The notes under the pieces were generated by a model. That model ran no database searches. It saw only the letters and a program-made list of their open reading frames with translations, and was not told the origin of the DNA. From NCBI GenBank assembly GCA_964016885.1, contig OZ024748.1, positions 24,986,001 through 25,050,000 of the forward strand: 64,000 bases of DNA, in the 5' to 3' direction. This stretch comes from Eledone cirrhosa. Lineage: Eukaryota. Positions within the stretch are counted from its first letter, which is position 1. Every line of letters starts with the position of its first letter. The position numbers and the translations under genes were made by a program. Positions 51,795 through 64,000 of the stretch are shown here, one piece after another.

Positions 51795-51864
<70 letters not shown>

Positions 51865-52142
51865 GGAATAGAATGAAACGAAATTTCATTTCTCACTCCT
51901 AGTACGGCACTTACTTAAATGTAAGTATGTACGTATGTATACGTACATACATATATGTATATATATATATATATATATACATATATATGAATGTGTGTGG
52001 GTGTATATATATATATGTGTGTGTAGTATATATATATATGTGTGTATATATATATATATATATCATATGTGTATATATACATATGTATACATACATATAT
52101 ATCTATATATTGTCATACATGTACATGTACACATATACATAT

Positions 52143-52214
<72 letters not shown>

Positions 52215-52671
52215 ATTTGCATTTCTATTAAAATACGTACTTATATACTTACAATATAAATAGTATCTTCGAACTTTTACAAGCACCTTGAAACAATTTC
52301 GATCAGTAAGGTGCACTTCTTTTTATCTTTTTAATCGTTTTCGTTCTTTCAATTCTATTTCTGTATTTTCGTTTTATCTTCTGTACATCGTTATTTTCAC
52401 GGTTCTATTAAATTATTATAAAACCAAAGTGACTTCTGTGTTTCGAGTTCTTCTTCCTGGCAGATTTGTAAGATCTTCTTATAAACGATACTGAAACTGC
52501 CTTTTCCACCCTACACTTCCACATGGTATAAAATTGGATTTGTTGAAAGATACTTTTTTTTTAATACGAAAAGATAACGTTTCTAACTTCCCTGTTATTC
52601 AAAAGATATTTTAAAAAACAACAACAGAAAACCATTTGGATAATACAGCAATAGAAATCCAAAGAGAAAAG

Positions 52672-53165
52672 TACCGTGTTTGACGGCTTATAAGACGCAC
52701 CTCAATTTGGCAGGCATTAAAAATAAAATAGTTTTAAACTACGAATGTCATGTGATTGTACAACATATTTTTTATTATTATTCTACTTCATAATTCTAGA
52801 TGTAATATTGGAGTACATTTTTAAAACATAAGGAAGTGTGAAAATAAATATACTTTATTCTCTACATTGTATTTTTGTTGAAATATTTAGTACATTTTTA
52901 AAACAAAAGAAAGTGAGAATAAATTTATTTTATTCATCATAATATTTATTAAAACTGTAGCTTTTGCTGGAAAACAGTTGCCATTGTTGGTGTAGAAGCG
53001 ATCGCCATCTTGTTTATATTTGTGGAGATTTTTGTGGTTTAATTTAAGGGCCACTACAGCACTAGAACTCCACTAGCCAGTAACCCAAACTGACTCTTGA
53101 CCTTATAAGACGCAGGGTGAATTTTTGGGACATTGTTTTGAAAAAAAAGTGCGTCTAATATATGG
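52672..53165. mobile_element. pogo/Tigger-like non-autonomous element
   Basis: TACCGTGTTTGACGGCTTATAAGACGCAC start, internal TTATAAGACGCA, end AAAAGTGCGTCTAATA. Confidence 0.55.
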
Positions 53166-53776
53166 CATGTTTTCTATTTTACCATTTATATTTTTGTTAA
53201 TTGTCTTCCAGAAAAAAATGCGGTTTCATTTTCTATTTTTCTTAAATGAGAAAAGGAAAAGGCCTTCGTAATATCCATTTAAAACGTGATTTAGCAGAAA
53301 ATTAAAGCAGAAAAGCCAAGAACTATTTGCTAATTATTTCATACAAAAATCCACTATTGGGCCATTTATAAATATTGTTTCATCTCACATAAAATTGTAA
53401 TTTTTATAATCCTGTAACTGATAAAATTAAAATAATCCGATAAAGAATAGAAAACAAATGATAAGCTTTCATTGATATTTTATTTATTTATATTTTTTTC
53501 TAAGAGAACAAACTTGGTGAAACGTCTGCTATAATGATAATACATGAAATTATATGGTATAGAGCTACGTAAATATTGCATGAATATATTTATAATAGAA
53601 ATACATTAATAGTGGCTACAATATTTAATTTCATATATATATATATACATATTACTAAAATGAATTAAGATGTCATGTATGAGAAAATTACAGACACGCG
53701 CCATATCGCCTGCAAAGGAAGCTCAAAGAAAAAATTCAAAGAAAAAATTCCGAGCCTTATTATAAATTAAAAACCG

Positions 53777-54352
53777 AATGACATATATATAAACATATCA
53801 AACATTAAAGCAGGAGATAATTTGCAAAGAATGTAAGAACATATAATTACAAATGAACTGTAGTGAAATTTAACAAAAATATTAGACGGAAATACTGGAC
53901 ATTAAATAACTATTTTACTCTCTCGTACATAATTCCTTTATACTCCTGAATAGTAATTTAGTAAAGCTTTTTATTGTTGAATGGCTTTTTGGCTGCTATT
54001 TCTAGATTTTAACATACCTACTCACGTCACATGGACAAGACTGAGGCGCAGTAGTTTTTTCGAAACTACATGTGCGTTTTCGGCCAATCCTTAGGTTTGC
54101 TTGAGAGGTGTAAGTCCATGTGGTTGATTCTCTCTCGCGGATGATCCTAATTCACCATTCCAAAGGTAAAACATGGTTCTGTAACCATTAAGGAATTATG
54201 TACGAGAGAGTAAAATAGTTATTTAATGTCCAGTATTTCCGTCTAATATTTTTGTTAAATTTCACTACTGCTCATTTGTAATTATATGTTCTTACATTCT
54301 TGGCAAATTATCTTCTGTATTAATGTTCGATATGTTTATATATATGTCATTC
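53777..54352. repeat. Long inverted repeat (~160-bp arms, ~250-bp spacer)
   Basis: 53777-53938 is the reverse complement of ~54189-54352. Confidence 0.85.
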
Positions 54353-54429
54353 GTTTTTTAATTTATATATATATATGAGCACCAATACTAATATATATAT
54401 ATATATATATATATACATATGTGTTCGTG

Positions 54430-54461
<32 letters not shown>

Positions 54462-54510
54462 TATGTATATATACATATATATGTATATATATATATATAC
54501 ATATGTGTTC

Positions 54511-54571
<61 letters not shown>

Positions 54572-55336
54572 TATGTATATATATATATATATATATACAT
54601 ATGTGTTCGTGTATATATAGTGGAAGAAACATGAAAGTCAACATGAAGCTTTATTTCATAACTGTCCTTTATCCCTAAAATTATACCCAATTGTTCGGAT
54701 AATACTTGTTTTCATAAACCATATCTCAAATGAACGTTTATCAGAAATTGTTCAATATATGGTTCGTTTTTATGTAAATGTTTTTAAGTTTAATTAATCA
54801 TTTCTTTTTAATTTCAATCTTCACCAAATTTTTCTTAACATTTCCCTGTATTGGAATGATTCAGAAAATCGCTAGACTCTGATTTAATTACCATAAAAAT
54901 GAAAACATTATAAAATGTTCTATATTTAGTCAATAATTACACACTGTGTTTGGATACTATTTAAAACGAACTCAACTTAATCACATTTAGGTCAGAATAT
55001 TTAAACGTTTGCTTATATATTTAAAGAGCTTCAAATATAATTTTTCAAACTTGCGTTTATATAATCTGAAATTGTGTATAATGATGGTATGGTTATATAT
55101 AATGATTTATATAAATATTCTAAATACCCATCAAATCGGTCAGAAAAATTAATCAACCTTAACATTTATCGACAGATTGAGATATGGTATTTGTTTGGGT
55201 AGTATTGCTCTTCACGTTTAAAATGGAATATTCTCACCTTTTCTTAAGAGCGTATAAGTGGGAAATATTATCTACAAATAACACACTTCAATGTAGCTAA
55301 TTAGATAATGAGAACAATTAAATCAATTAATTAAAT

Positions 55337-55393
<57 letters not shown>

Positions 55394-57153
55394 ATGTATC
55401 GTTCTCTACGATGAATTTGTGTGAATTGCACAATGAAAATAAAGTTGAAAAGCAGTGATGTGTTTATGGGGTGAAATATAGTGAAATCCTTGAATAATTT
55501 TAATATGGGTTGTATACACTTCATTTCATTTATGTCATTGATGTCGATGAGAAAGAAATGACCGTCATATACCTCATTTCTCTATGAAATTAAGCGGGAA
55601 AATCAGCCACTGAGGGATAATTATGAAAGGTAACCCAATTAATTCTAAACTCTCTAGTAGGAAGTGAAATAAATAAATATATATATATATATATATTTTT
55701 TTTGTTATAGTTTAAGTTACCAAGGTGCTCTGAGTCATAAGTTGTTCAGTTGCCCAGGTGTTTGTCCTGCAACTGAAGATTCAACAGTTCATATTTCGCC
55801 ACCCACAATACACCTAAAGAGTATCCAGTGCCCTCAATGAACATTATCTCGATGATATAAAAGGCTGAGCCCAAAGAGCCCTCCTCAATAAACCTCAGCA
55901 AGTGAAATACTGAGTGCAGGAACAAATAGCTCCTCTCAGCCATAGTAACTTAAGTACATTTTTATTTCAATTCTATTGAAGAACTTACCTAAGAATAAGT
56001 GCCTAAAATGAAGTAAACGTTTACAGAAATTCTTGACTAAAGAGACTCAATGCCCTTTACATCGTATTGGGATGGTATATAATATGTTGAAATGGAGGTA
56101 GTTTGGGAATAAATTATTGTCTTTCTGTGTTTATCAAGGAATTGACTATCTTCACCCAATACTGTGTTTATATTTACAGAATAGCAGCAACAAAAATGAG
56201 CCAAAATTACAAGCGGGGTGATGGAATTTGTTACAAACACATTTCGTCTAAGTTTTTTTTTTTTTTCATTATTATTTTTTAATTACTTTTTTATGACATG
56301 GTCAGAGGAAAAAGGGCAGTGCCCATGACCCTTTTTAGCTCTTCTGTGATGGGTGGCAGGAAGTTATTCACTGACATTGACCTCCACTAAAAACATGACC
56401 AGAATACTAGTAACAAAATGGACTCCACCATTAGAGATCGCTACATATTAAACCATGGGACCGATTCAATGTGGTTGTGCCAAAACAAAAACAAACAAAC
56501 AAATAATAAAATATTGAAAGCAATAACAAAACATAACAACAAGACAACAAATATGGTAGGATGTTGCTATAGTAACAATTAAAATCCCTTGTAGAATATC
56601 AACCGTATTAATATACAAAATGGATAATGATAATAATAATAATAATTGTTTCTAGATTAGGCACATGGCCAGCAATTTTAGGGAAAGAGAAAGTAGATTA
56701 TACCAACACCAGTATTTTACTGGTACGTTTGATCTCGGCGGGATTTCAACACAGAAGGTAAAGAGCATTTGTCCGACGTTCGAATGACTCTGCCAATCCA
56801 CCAACATTTCTCCGATAATAATTATAATAATAACTGCAATACGTATGAATTGCTCTCATTATCATTAAAAAGTATATGAAATAAAAATAAAAGAAGCTGA
56901 ACAATGAGATTAGGAAAAAATATAGAATAAGTTAGATTACTGGTATTGTATTGAGTTCAATGGACAGAAAGGTTAGATAATTGTTATATATAATTATTAC
57001 AGTCATTTGATGTAGAGAAGAACAGTGAAATAAACATTAGTTGTAGTAAACAACAGTAATAACAGCAACAACAGCAACAGTAACAAGAACAATGTAAAAT
57101 AAATTATAAAATACGTTTTGTAATTCCCCCCAAAATTAGATGATAAATGTTAA

Positions 57154-57250
<97 letters not shown>

Positions 57251-57559
57251 GTTTTTTACAAAAATGTTTCTGAAATGAGAAACTTTGGAAGTATTTTTCT
57301 ATACATTTTTCGTGCATCCATCCAATAATTGCTTTGTTTTTCTATTGAAATAATTAAAATTTTGAATCTGATGGCAACACTTTAGATTATATGTCGATTA
57401 CTAATTATTTTCACAACACTCAGATTATAAATTTTGTTCTTTCTCAGTTCGCCAAGAAAATATGAAGAAAGTCTTTTCAAAGTTGCGGAACAATATTGTC
57501 GTAGAAAATCTTTTATAATAAACTATTACACGACACAATATTACCAACAGCAAATTTGG

Positions 57560-57900
57560 TATCGACTAAACATACAATATTCTCTAAATCCTGCGACGTG
57601 TCATACACTAATAGATTCTTCTGTGTCACAGAATGGTAACAAGTTCAGTTCCTATTGATAAAACAATTTAACAGATCCAGCTTGATCAGCGTCACCGAAG
57701 TTACAATACATTTTACTCTCTGTATATGGCATATAAGTGCTGGCATCCAACGTGGTAGCTTTTACAAACACTTGGCCGTCGTGGTTGAAGAGAAAAGTCA
57801 CAAAATTCATAACATATCTGGGATAGTTTCTGAAATATGTCAATCGTCGACTCATTGATACTTCGATCAGTTTTTCAGATTGCATAACATCGTAATCTGT
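57560..57900 (-). pseudogene. Possible highly decayed mariner transposase fragment
   Basis: Minus-strand KLPRWMPALICHIQRVK resembles the mariner RWVPH.L...Q linker; many stops. Confidence 0.3.
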
Positions 57901-58310
57901 AACGATAAAAATAAAACAATATTAAACAAAAAAAAAGAAGATATATGTTATCAAATCAAAAGCTATTTTAAATGTTTTTCAAATTAATATTTAATTATTC
58001 CTAAATTAGAAGTAATAGTTGTTTAGATGATTATAAAAATACTAATGCTTAGATAACGATGAAAATAAATAAATGTGAATTATTATCGAAGCGCTGGAGG
58101 CGTTTGAAATTTGAAAATGTGAGCATCCAAAACGGAGAAAATGACTGCAATACCAGTCGATCACTATAGATAATGGTTGGGAAATTGTGTAAATTATCCG
58201 TAGAGTCGGAAACAATAGACAGAAGCGCCTAGGAGCTGATAAGTGCTTTTGGTTTCGCCAATCTCTCAAAACATTCGTGATTAATGCCTTTATATGAGAT
58301 ATAAAAGTGA

Positions 58311-58550
58311 GGGCGCGTAGCCTAGTGGTCAGGGTATTGAACTTACTATCATAATGTCGTGGGTTCGATTCCTAGACTGGGTTATGTATTGTGTTCTTGA
58401 GCAAAACACTTTATTTCACGCTGCTCAGCTGAAAATGAATACAAGCAATAACTGGCGATTTAACCCTGCGATGGACTGGCGTCCTGTCCAGTGGGGAGTC
58501 TTGTATTCTCAGTCACTTAACACCACGAACACCGGAGTAAGTAGCGCGCT
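58311..58550 (+). mobile_element. tRNA-derived SINE (family 3); related partial copy at ~63828-63920
   Basis: GGCGCGTAGCCTAGTGG A-box, GGTTCGATTCC B-box, GTGTTCTTGAGCAAAACACTTTA, CCTGCGATGGACTGGCGTCCTGTCCAG. Confidence 0.75.
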
Positions 58551-58692
58551 GACGAACCTCAAGAAAGAAAGCTTACAGTCACACTCTACCTATACAGCAG
58601 ATACATTTTACCTGTTCAAATCCACCTTTTTTGCTTAAAAGGGAAGGAAGGAGTGAAATGTATTAGGGAAGTATAAATATAATAGAACTTAC

Positions 58693-58862
58693 CTGTGATT
58701 TCACCTCCAGATATAGCTTTCGTTCTGGCTCCAGCACAGGTAGTGTAATCAACCGACATACGTACGAGGCGCCCTTTCCGCAACAGTGATAATAACGAGG
58801 AAAACCTTTTGATTGGTATAACATCTTTGTGTGGTTCAGTGATGAATTTTAAGTTACCGTCT
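58693..58862 (-). CDS. Candidate internal coding exon (170 bp) of an unidentified minus-strand gene
   Basis: ttttacag acceptor and CAG|gtaagt donor; one open frame DGNLKFITEPHKDVIPIKRFSSLLSLLRKGRLVRMSVDYTTCAGARTKAISGGEIT; higher GC than flanks. Confidence 0.6.
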
Positions 58863-58990
58863 CTGTAAAATTATCAGAAGATACGGTAAAAGAACATTTA
58901 TTATAGGTAAAAAGTTTAACTAACTCATTATAATGGGCATGAAAAACACACTAGGCAAATTTCTTAAATTACATTTCAAGAGGGTAATAT

Positions 58991-59046
<56 letters not shown>

Positions 59047-59050
59047 GTAT

Positions 59051-59081
<31 letters not shown>

Positions 59082-59193
59082 AATGTAATCTAAGTTTTTC
59101 GAATATTAATAATAACATTCGATTCGTTTGCAATTATGCAAACAACCCTCATTTTAAAGCCATGTCAGTAGAATGAACCCCTCATTCTTGCTC

Positions 59194-59307
<114 letters not shown>

Positions 59308-59319
59308 ATATAAATCCTA

Positions 59320-59373
<54 letters not shown>

Positions 59374-59399
59374 GGATTTAGCTTCATGCATAGCTATAT

Positions 59400-59713
59400 G
59401 TAGATATGTATTGGAATTTCGTATATCTAAAGAAATACGGTATGTTTATACATAAACATTTAGAAAGCCGTAGCTATGCAAAACACCGGAGATATCGCTC
59501 TCCTGTTTTCAAGTCCCGCAGTCGCAAGAGTGGCAGGGATCGTCCTGATGAGAACCAGTTAAGTTCGAAGTGCATCAATGATTGTCCCCCTTGCTTCTGC
59601 TGGACACCACCAGAAGGCAATAGCCCCGGTGTTTTGCATAGCTACGGGTTTTTAAATGTTTATCTATAAACATACCGTATTTCTTTAGAAATACGAAATT
59701 CCAATGCATCTAT
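59400..59713. mobile_element. Inverted-repeat element with a minimal hammerhead in the spacer (59539-59582, +)
   Basis: ~90-bp arms; ATCGTC-CTGATGA-GAAC cagttaa GTTC-GAAG-TGCAT-C-AATGAT (GAAA mutated to GAAG). Confidence 0.7.
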
Positions 59714-59862
59714 ATATATATAAGCAAAAGAGATATTTAATTTGTTGGTAATTCAACAAATACAAATGTTTATAACTGATTCGAAGCACTCGACAAGTTT
59801 TCTGGAGTATAATATTCAATGATATTAAATAAATGGAAATTATATTCATAAAACCATATTTG

Positions 59863-59919
59863 TTCTATTATATATATTTCAAGGGTACCAAAACTTTGGT
59901 ACGCTCTCATCAGATAAAA
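59863..59919 (-). ncRNA. Type I hammerhead motif, family C
   Basis: TTTTAT-CTGATGA-GAGCGTACCAAA gt TTTGGTACCCTT-GAAA-TATATAT-A-ATAGAA. Confidence 0.7.
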
Positions 59920-59988
59920 TACAAATCTTATTTTATAAATATATATATATATATGTATATATATATATTATATCTATATATATATATA

Positions 59989-60201
59989 TAACGAAGGAAA
60001 TGTGGTAAGGAACCAGGTGGACCATAACGCACCAAAGTACTCAATACTTAGGGTAGTAGAGTAGGTAATAGGAACAAGTAAGACCCCGACGGCTGAGCTC
60101 AAGCCGTTTCGACGGCTAATTCTGTACTCAATTAGCCGTCGTACAGAATTAGCCGTCGAAACGGCTTGAGCTTGAGCTCAGCCGTCGGGGTCTTACTTGT
60201 T

Positions 60202-60205
<4 letters not shown>
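59989..60205 (-). mobile_element. Family B palindromic mini-element
   Basis: Palindrome 60068-60205 with local duplications at the centre. Confidence 0.8.
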
Positions 60206-60275
<70 letters not shown>

Positions 60276-60416
60276 ATATGTATGTATATGTGTATATATA
60301 TAGATATAGATATATAGATATGTGAAAGCGCACCATAATCTACCTTGGTGGCCCTTGAAATATGTATAATAAAATAAATATGGTTTTATAAATATAGTTT
60401 CCATTTGTTAATATAT

Positions 60417-60504
<88 letters not shown>

Positions 60505-60544
60505 ATATATTAACAAATGGAAACTATATTTATAAAACCATATT

Positions 60545-60610
60545 TATTTTATTATATATATTTCAAGGGCCACCAAGGCAGATTATGGTGCGCTTTCATC
60601 AGATAAAATA
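60545..60610 (-). ncRNA. Type I hammerhead motif, family C, with truncated mirror copy at 60323-60425
   Basis: Perfect 8-bp stem I TATTTTAT/ATAAAATA, CTGATGA, stem II AAG.GCACCA...TGGTG.CCCTT, GAAA, TATATAT, A. Confidence 0.75.
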
Positions 60611-60750
60611 TAATACAGAGTAGTTTTATAAATAAATAAATATTGACATACCCTGAAAAAATGCAACCTTAACAGTTGGAGCTTCCTGGATAATATCATT
60701 GAATATTATACTCCAGAAAACTTGTCGAGTGGTTCGAATCAGTTATAAAC

Positions 60751-60808
<58 letters not shown>

Positions 60809-60897
60809 ATAATGGAGCTGCGGCGTTGCAAATAGGTTACATATGAAAAAAGTTTGTCCTTCATCAGTGATCTTCCAACCATCATAGGCATTTCATC

Positions 60898-60983
<86 letters not shown>

Positions 60984-61042
60984 TTATATATAAGTATGTA
61001 TGTATACGTACATACATATATGTATACAGACGTACAGTAGCA

Positions 61043-61080
<38 letters not shown>

Positions 61081-61109
61081 TATACATACAGGTACACATA
61101 CATATATGC

Positions 61110-61380
61110 ACGCATCAGTTTAGCGGACGCTTATTATAACGCCGCTTTGTTCGTTTGTCAACAAACTGAACAGCCTGAATTTATGCCATACGGTGTTAAG
61201 GCAACCACGTCTACGTCTGTATACATATATGTATGTACGTATACATACATACTTACATTTAAGTAAGTGCCATACTAAGAGTGAGAAATGAAATTTCGTT
61301 TTCATTTTTTTTCAACTTATATTTATATAAATCCTATTACCTTTTAGAATGACTGGGAGAGTTTGTCTAAAATCTCTTAC
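61110..61380. mobile_element. Helitron-like relics
   Basis: Minus-strand DFRQTLPVILKG (Pif1 helicase GDFRQTLPV motif) at ~61340-61378; 61225-61305 is an inverted match to 51865-51950. Confidence 0.45.
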
Positions 61381-61389
61381 TACTATTAA

Positions 61390-61444
<55 letters not shown>

Positions 61445-61629
61445 GTCACCACCACCACCACTACCACTATAACCACCACTATCACAACTACTACCACCAC
61501 CAACACCACTCAATACGTTGGTAGAGTATAGGCATCTATTATATATAGAAATTATATATAGCACTGCCCAGTCCTGTTTAAGTCATTTATATATATAATA
61601 AAGATATATGTATATATATAACAAATTTA

Positions 61630-61795
61630 ATACAGAAATAGCTTCTACAGGACTAGAACTGTTTCATTCGAAGAAATCATCGAATGAAACAGTTCTAGTC
61701 TTGTAGAAGCCATTTCTATAGTATATTTGTTGTATACACTCTACAAATGTATTGAGTACCTTACTGTGGTTACCCCCGATTGAACCCGGTACTCA
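61630..61795 (+). mobile_element. Family A palindromic mini-element, hammerhead core truncated at the fold
   Basis: GCTTCTACAGGACTAGAACTGTTTCATTCG..CGAATGAAACAGTTCTAGTCTTGTAGAAGC plus GTATTGAGTACC tail. Confidence 0.75.
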
Positions 61796-61819
61796 CACAT
61801 ACACACACACACATATATG

Positions 61820-61864
<45 letters not shown>

Positions 61865-61870
61865 ATATAT

Positions 61871-61937
<67 letters not shown>

Positions 61938-61963
61938 TATATATATATATGAATATATATGTA

Positions 61964-62011
<48 letters not shown>

Positions 62012-62018
62012 TATATAC

Positions 62019-62093
<75 letters not shown>

Positions 62094-62659
62094 AAGAACT
62101 ATTTGCAACCGTGCTGCATAAAATGTGACAAGTATGATGATACATTAGAGGTCATAAAGAAGACACACTGAACTTATTAACTCGACCTGTTAACAGGTCA
62201 GGTTATTAACATTCAATAAGAAATACTTTCTCTTCAGTTGATTGTTATTATCTTTCCCTGTGATTATGCATGAAAGGGCGATTCATTCCATTAAGGCTTG
62301 TGGAGGTAGTATGATTGAAGAGATATCGATTTTGTTAATCACTAACTTCAATCATATTAGCATTCTATGCTTGGAAACACATCAAAGTACAGATTGGCTA
62401 AATTTAATTCTGATTTCTCCACTTTGCCTGTTCTGATTTCTATGAATTAATCCACCTCTTCTAAACCATAAAAATAACACCCTTCAATCTCAGTAAGCAG
62501 TATTTCGTATTAGAAGATTCTAGACAGGTTCTGATAAAATGCAATTTGTAGTCAGTCATAAAATGTTACACTGATGGATCAGTTTTCATAGAAACTAATG
62601 AGTTTCAGCTCCTCTTTAATTCAGTTTTGTACATCGAACTTTGCTTCAAATTACAAGTC

Positions 62660-62761
62660 TGTTATCATCACCATCACCATCATCGTCGTCGTCGTCGTAG
62701 TCGTCATCAGCATCGTCATCAACATCGTCATCATCATCATCATCATCATCGTCGTCATCAA

Positions 62762-62792
<31 letters not shown>

Positions 62793-62851
62793 GTCATCAG
62801 CATCGTCATCAACATCGTCATCATCATCATCATCATCATCGTCGTCATCAA

Positions 62852-62897
<46 letters not shown>

Positions 62898-62922
62898 GTC
62901 ATCATCGTCGTCATCAACATCG

Positions 62923-62954
<32 letters not shown>

Positions 62955-63010
62955 GTCATCATCATCATCATCATCATCATCATCACCATCACCATCATCA
63001 TCATCGTTGT
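62660..63010. repeat. (CAT)n/(CGT)n trinucleotide repeat
   Basis: Direct inspection. Confidence 0.95.
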
Positions 63011-63059
63011 GATCGTTGTTTATGTTGCGCCTAAATCAGAAACCCTTATTATTATTATT

Positions 63060-63520
63060 TACGGGGTCGATAAAATAAAGTACCAGTAATGCACTGGGTA
63101 ATTGCTGGCCTTGTGCCTAAAGTAGAAACAATTATTTGCCAGTATCGGTAGAAGGTCGGACGCCATGCTTTGACGCATAGAGTTACGGCCCTTGCCATTC
63201 TGAGTTCAAATCCTGCCGAGGTTAACTTTGCCTTTCATTCTTACGGGGTCGATAAAATAAAGTACCAGTAATACACTGGATAATTGCTGGCCTTGTGCCA
63301 AAAGTAGAAACAATTATTATTATTAGGGTGGTGGATTGGTAGTATCGGTAGAGCGTCGGACGCCATGCTTTGCAGCTTAGAGTCCCGGCCCTTTAAGTTC
63401 TGAGTTCAAATCCTTACTGGGTCGATAACATGAAGCACCTGTAATGTACTGGCGTCAATTTAATCGATTTTCCTCTCCCTAAAATTACTGGCCTTGACCC
63501 TAAATCAGAAACCATTATGA
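63060..63520 (+). mobile_element. Three head-to-tail SINE family 1 copies joined by ATT tails
   Basis: 63060-63135, 63136-63320, 63325-63520. Confidence 0.85.
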
Positions 63521-63524
63521 TTAT

Positions 63525-63566
<42 letters not shown>

Positions 63567-64000
63567 AGCAAATCCTCTTAATTCTGCTGGATCTCAAACG
63601 TACTGGACCATTAATAAACAAAAAACAAAAATTTCCTTTATGCCGAGAGTGGGTCATAATTAGCTGACAGCGATGGCGTGCTTGTATTAATGCAAATGGG
63701 CATCATTTTGGACCCTTATATGTGTATACAAGTGTGTGTGTGAGAGATGGGAGGGGTGCGATTGATATTATATTTATCGATTTCGAAAAGATGAAATCTA
63801 AAATTGATCTCCAAGTATTGCATTGAAGGCGCGTGACTTAGTGGCTAAAGAATTGGATTCACAATCGTGCGGTTGTGAGTTCGTTGCGTTATGTCCTTCA
63901 GCAAGACAATTTATTTTACGTTTCTCTTTCTGCCAGCAGCTGCGACCGGTAGATAGTATCAGATCAGCAATTAGACAGAGCAAAGGAAACATTGTTTCCT

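Noticed and set aside
55989-56002. 14-nt minus-strand micro-exon with good splice sites
   Set aside because: In the phase needed to follow the 58693 exon it reads into a TAG stop; no support
58311-58385. tRNA gene
   Set aside because: A/B boxes present but no clean cloverleaf, and it continues into a SINE body

Overview
AT-rich, microsatellite-dense animal genomic DNA. The SINE families and repeat landscape suggest a coleoid cephalopod (octopus-like), which is an inference. (1) 1-13.1 kb is a head-to-tail stack of Tx1/L1-clade LINEs: two intact 1139-aa ORF2s, one near full-length element and two 5'-truncated stubs. Each ends in or sits inside (ATT)n, interleaved with SINEs and Dong/R4-type RLE fragments. 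(2) 20.3-39.9 kb holds six phase-compatible coding exons of a Cys-loop, alpha9/10-like nicotinic receptor subunit; the signal-peptide exon was not found. It keeps the vicinal Cys-Cys and the cationic GEK motif, but both loop-C tyrosines are His and the loop-D Trp is Phe, so its ligand may not be acetylcholine. (3) Across 15-62 kb, more than 15 short elements, mostly palindromic and embedded in (TA)n, carry type I hammerhead-ribozyme motifs from at least five sequence families. One is physically joined to a Penelope-like RT remnant, several fold back exactly at the ribozyme, and several lie on the sense strand of the receptor introns. (4) Also present are minisatellites (two born inside a SINE), a 3-kb G-rich array, DNA-transposon, RTE and Helitron relics, and an orphan minus-strand exon with VirK-like sequence. 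All calls were made by eye with no database searches; repeat boundaries are approximate.
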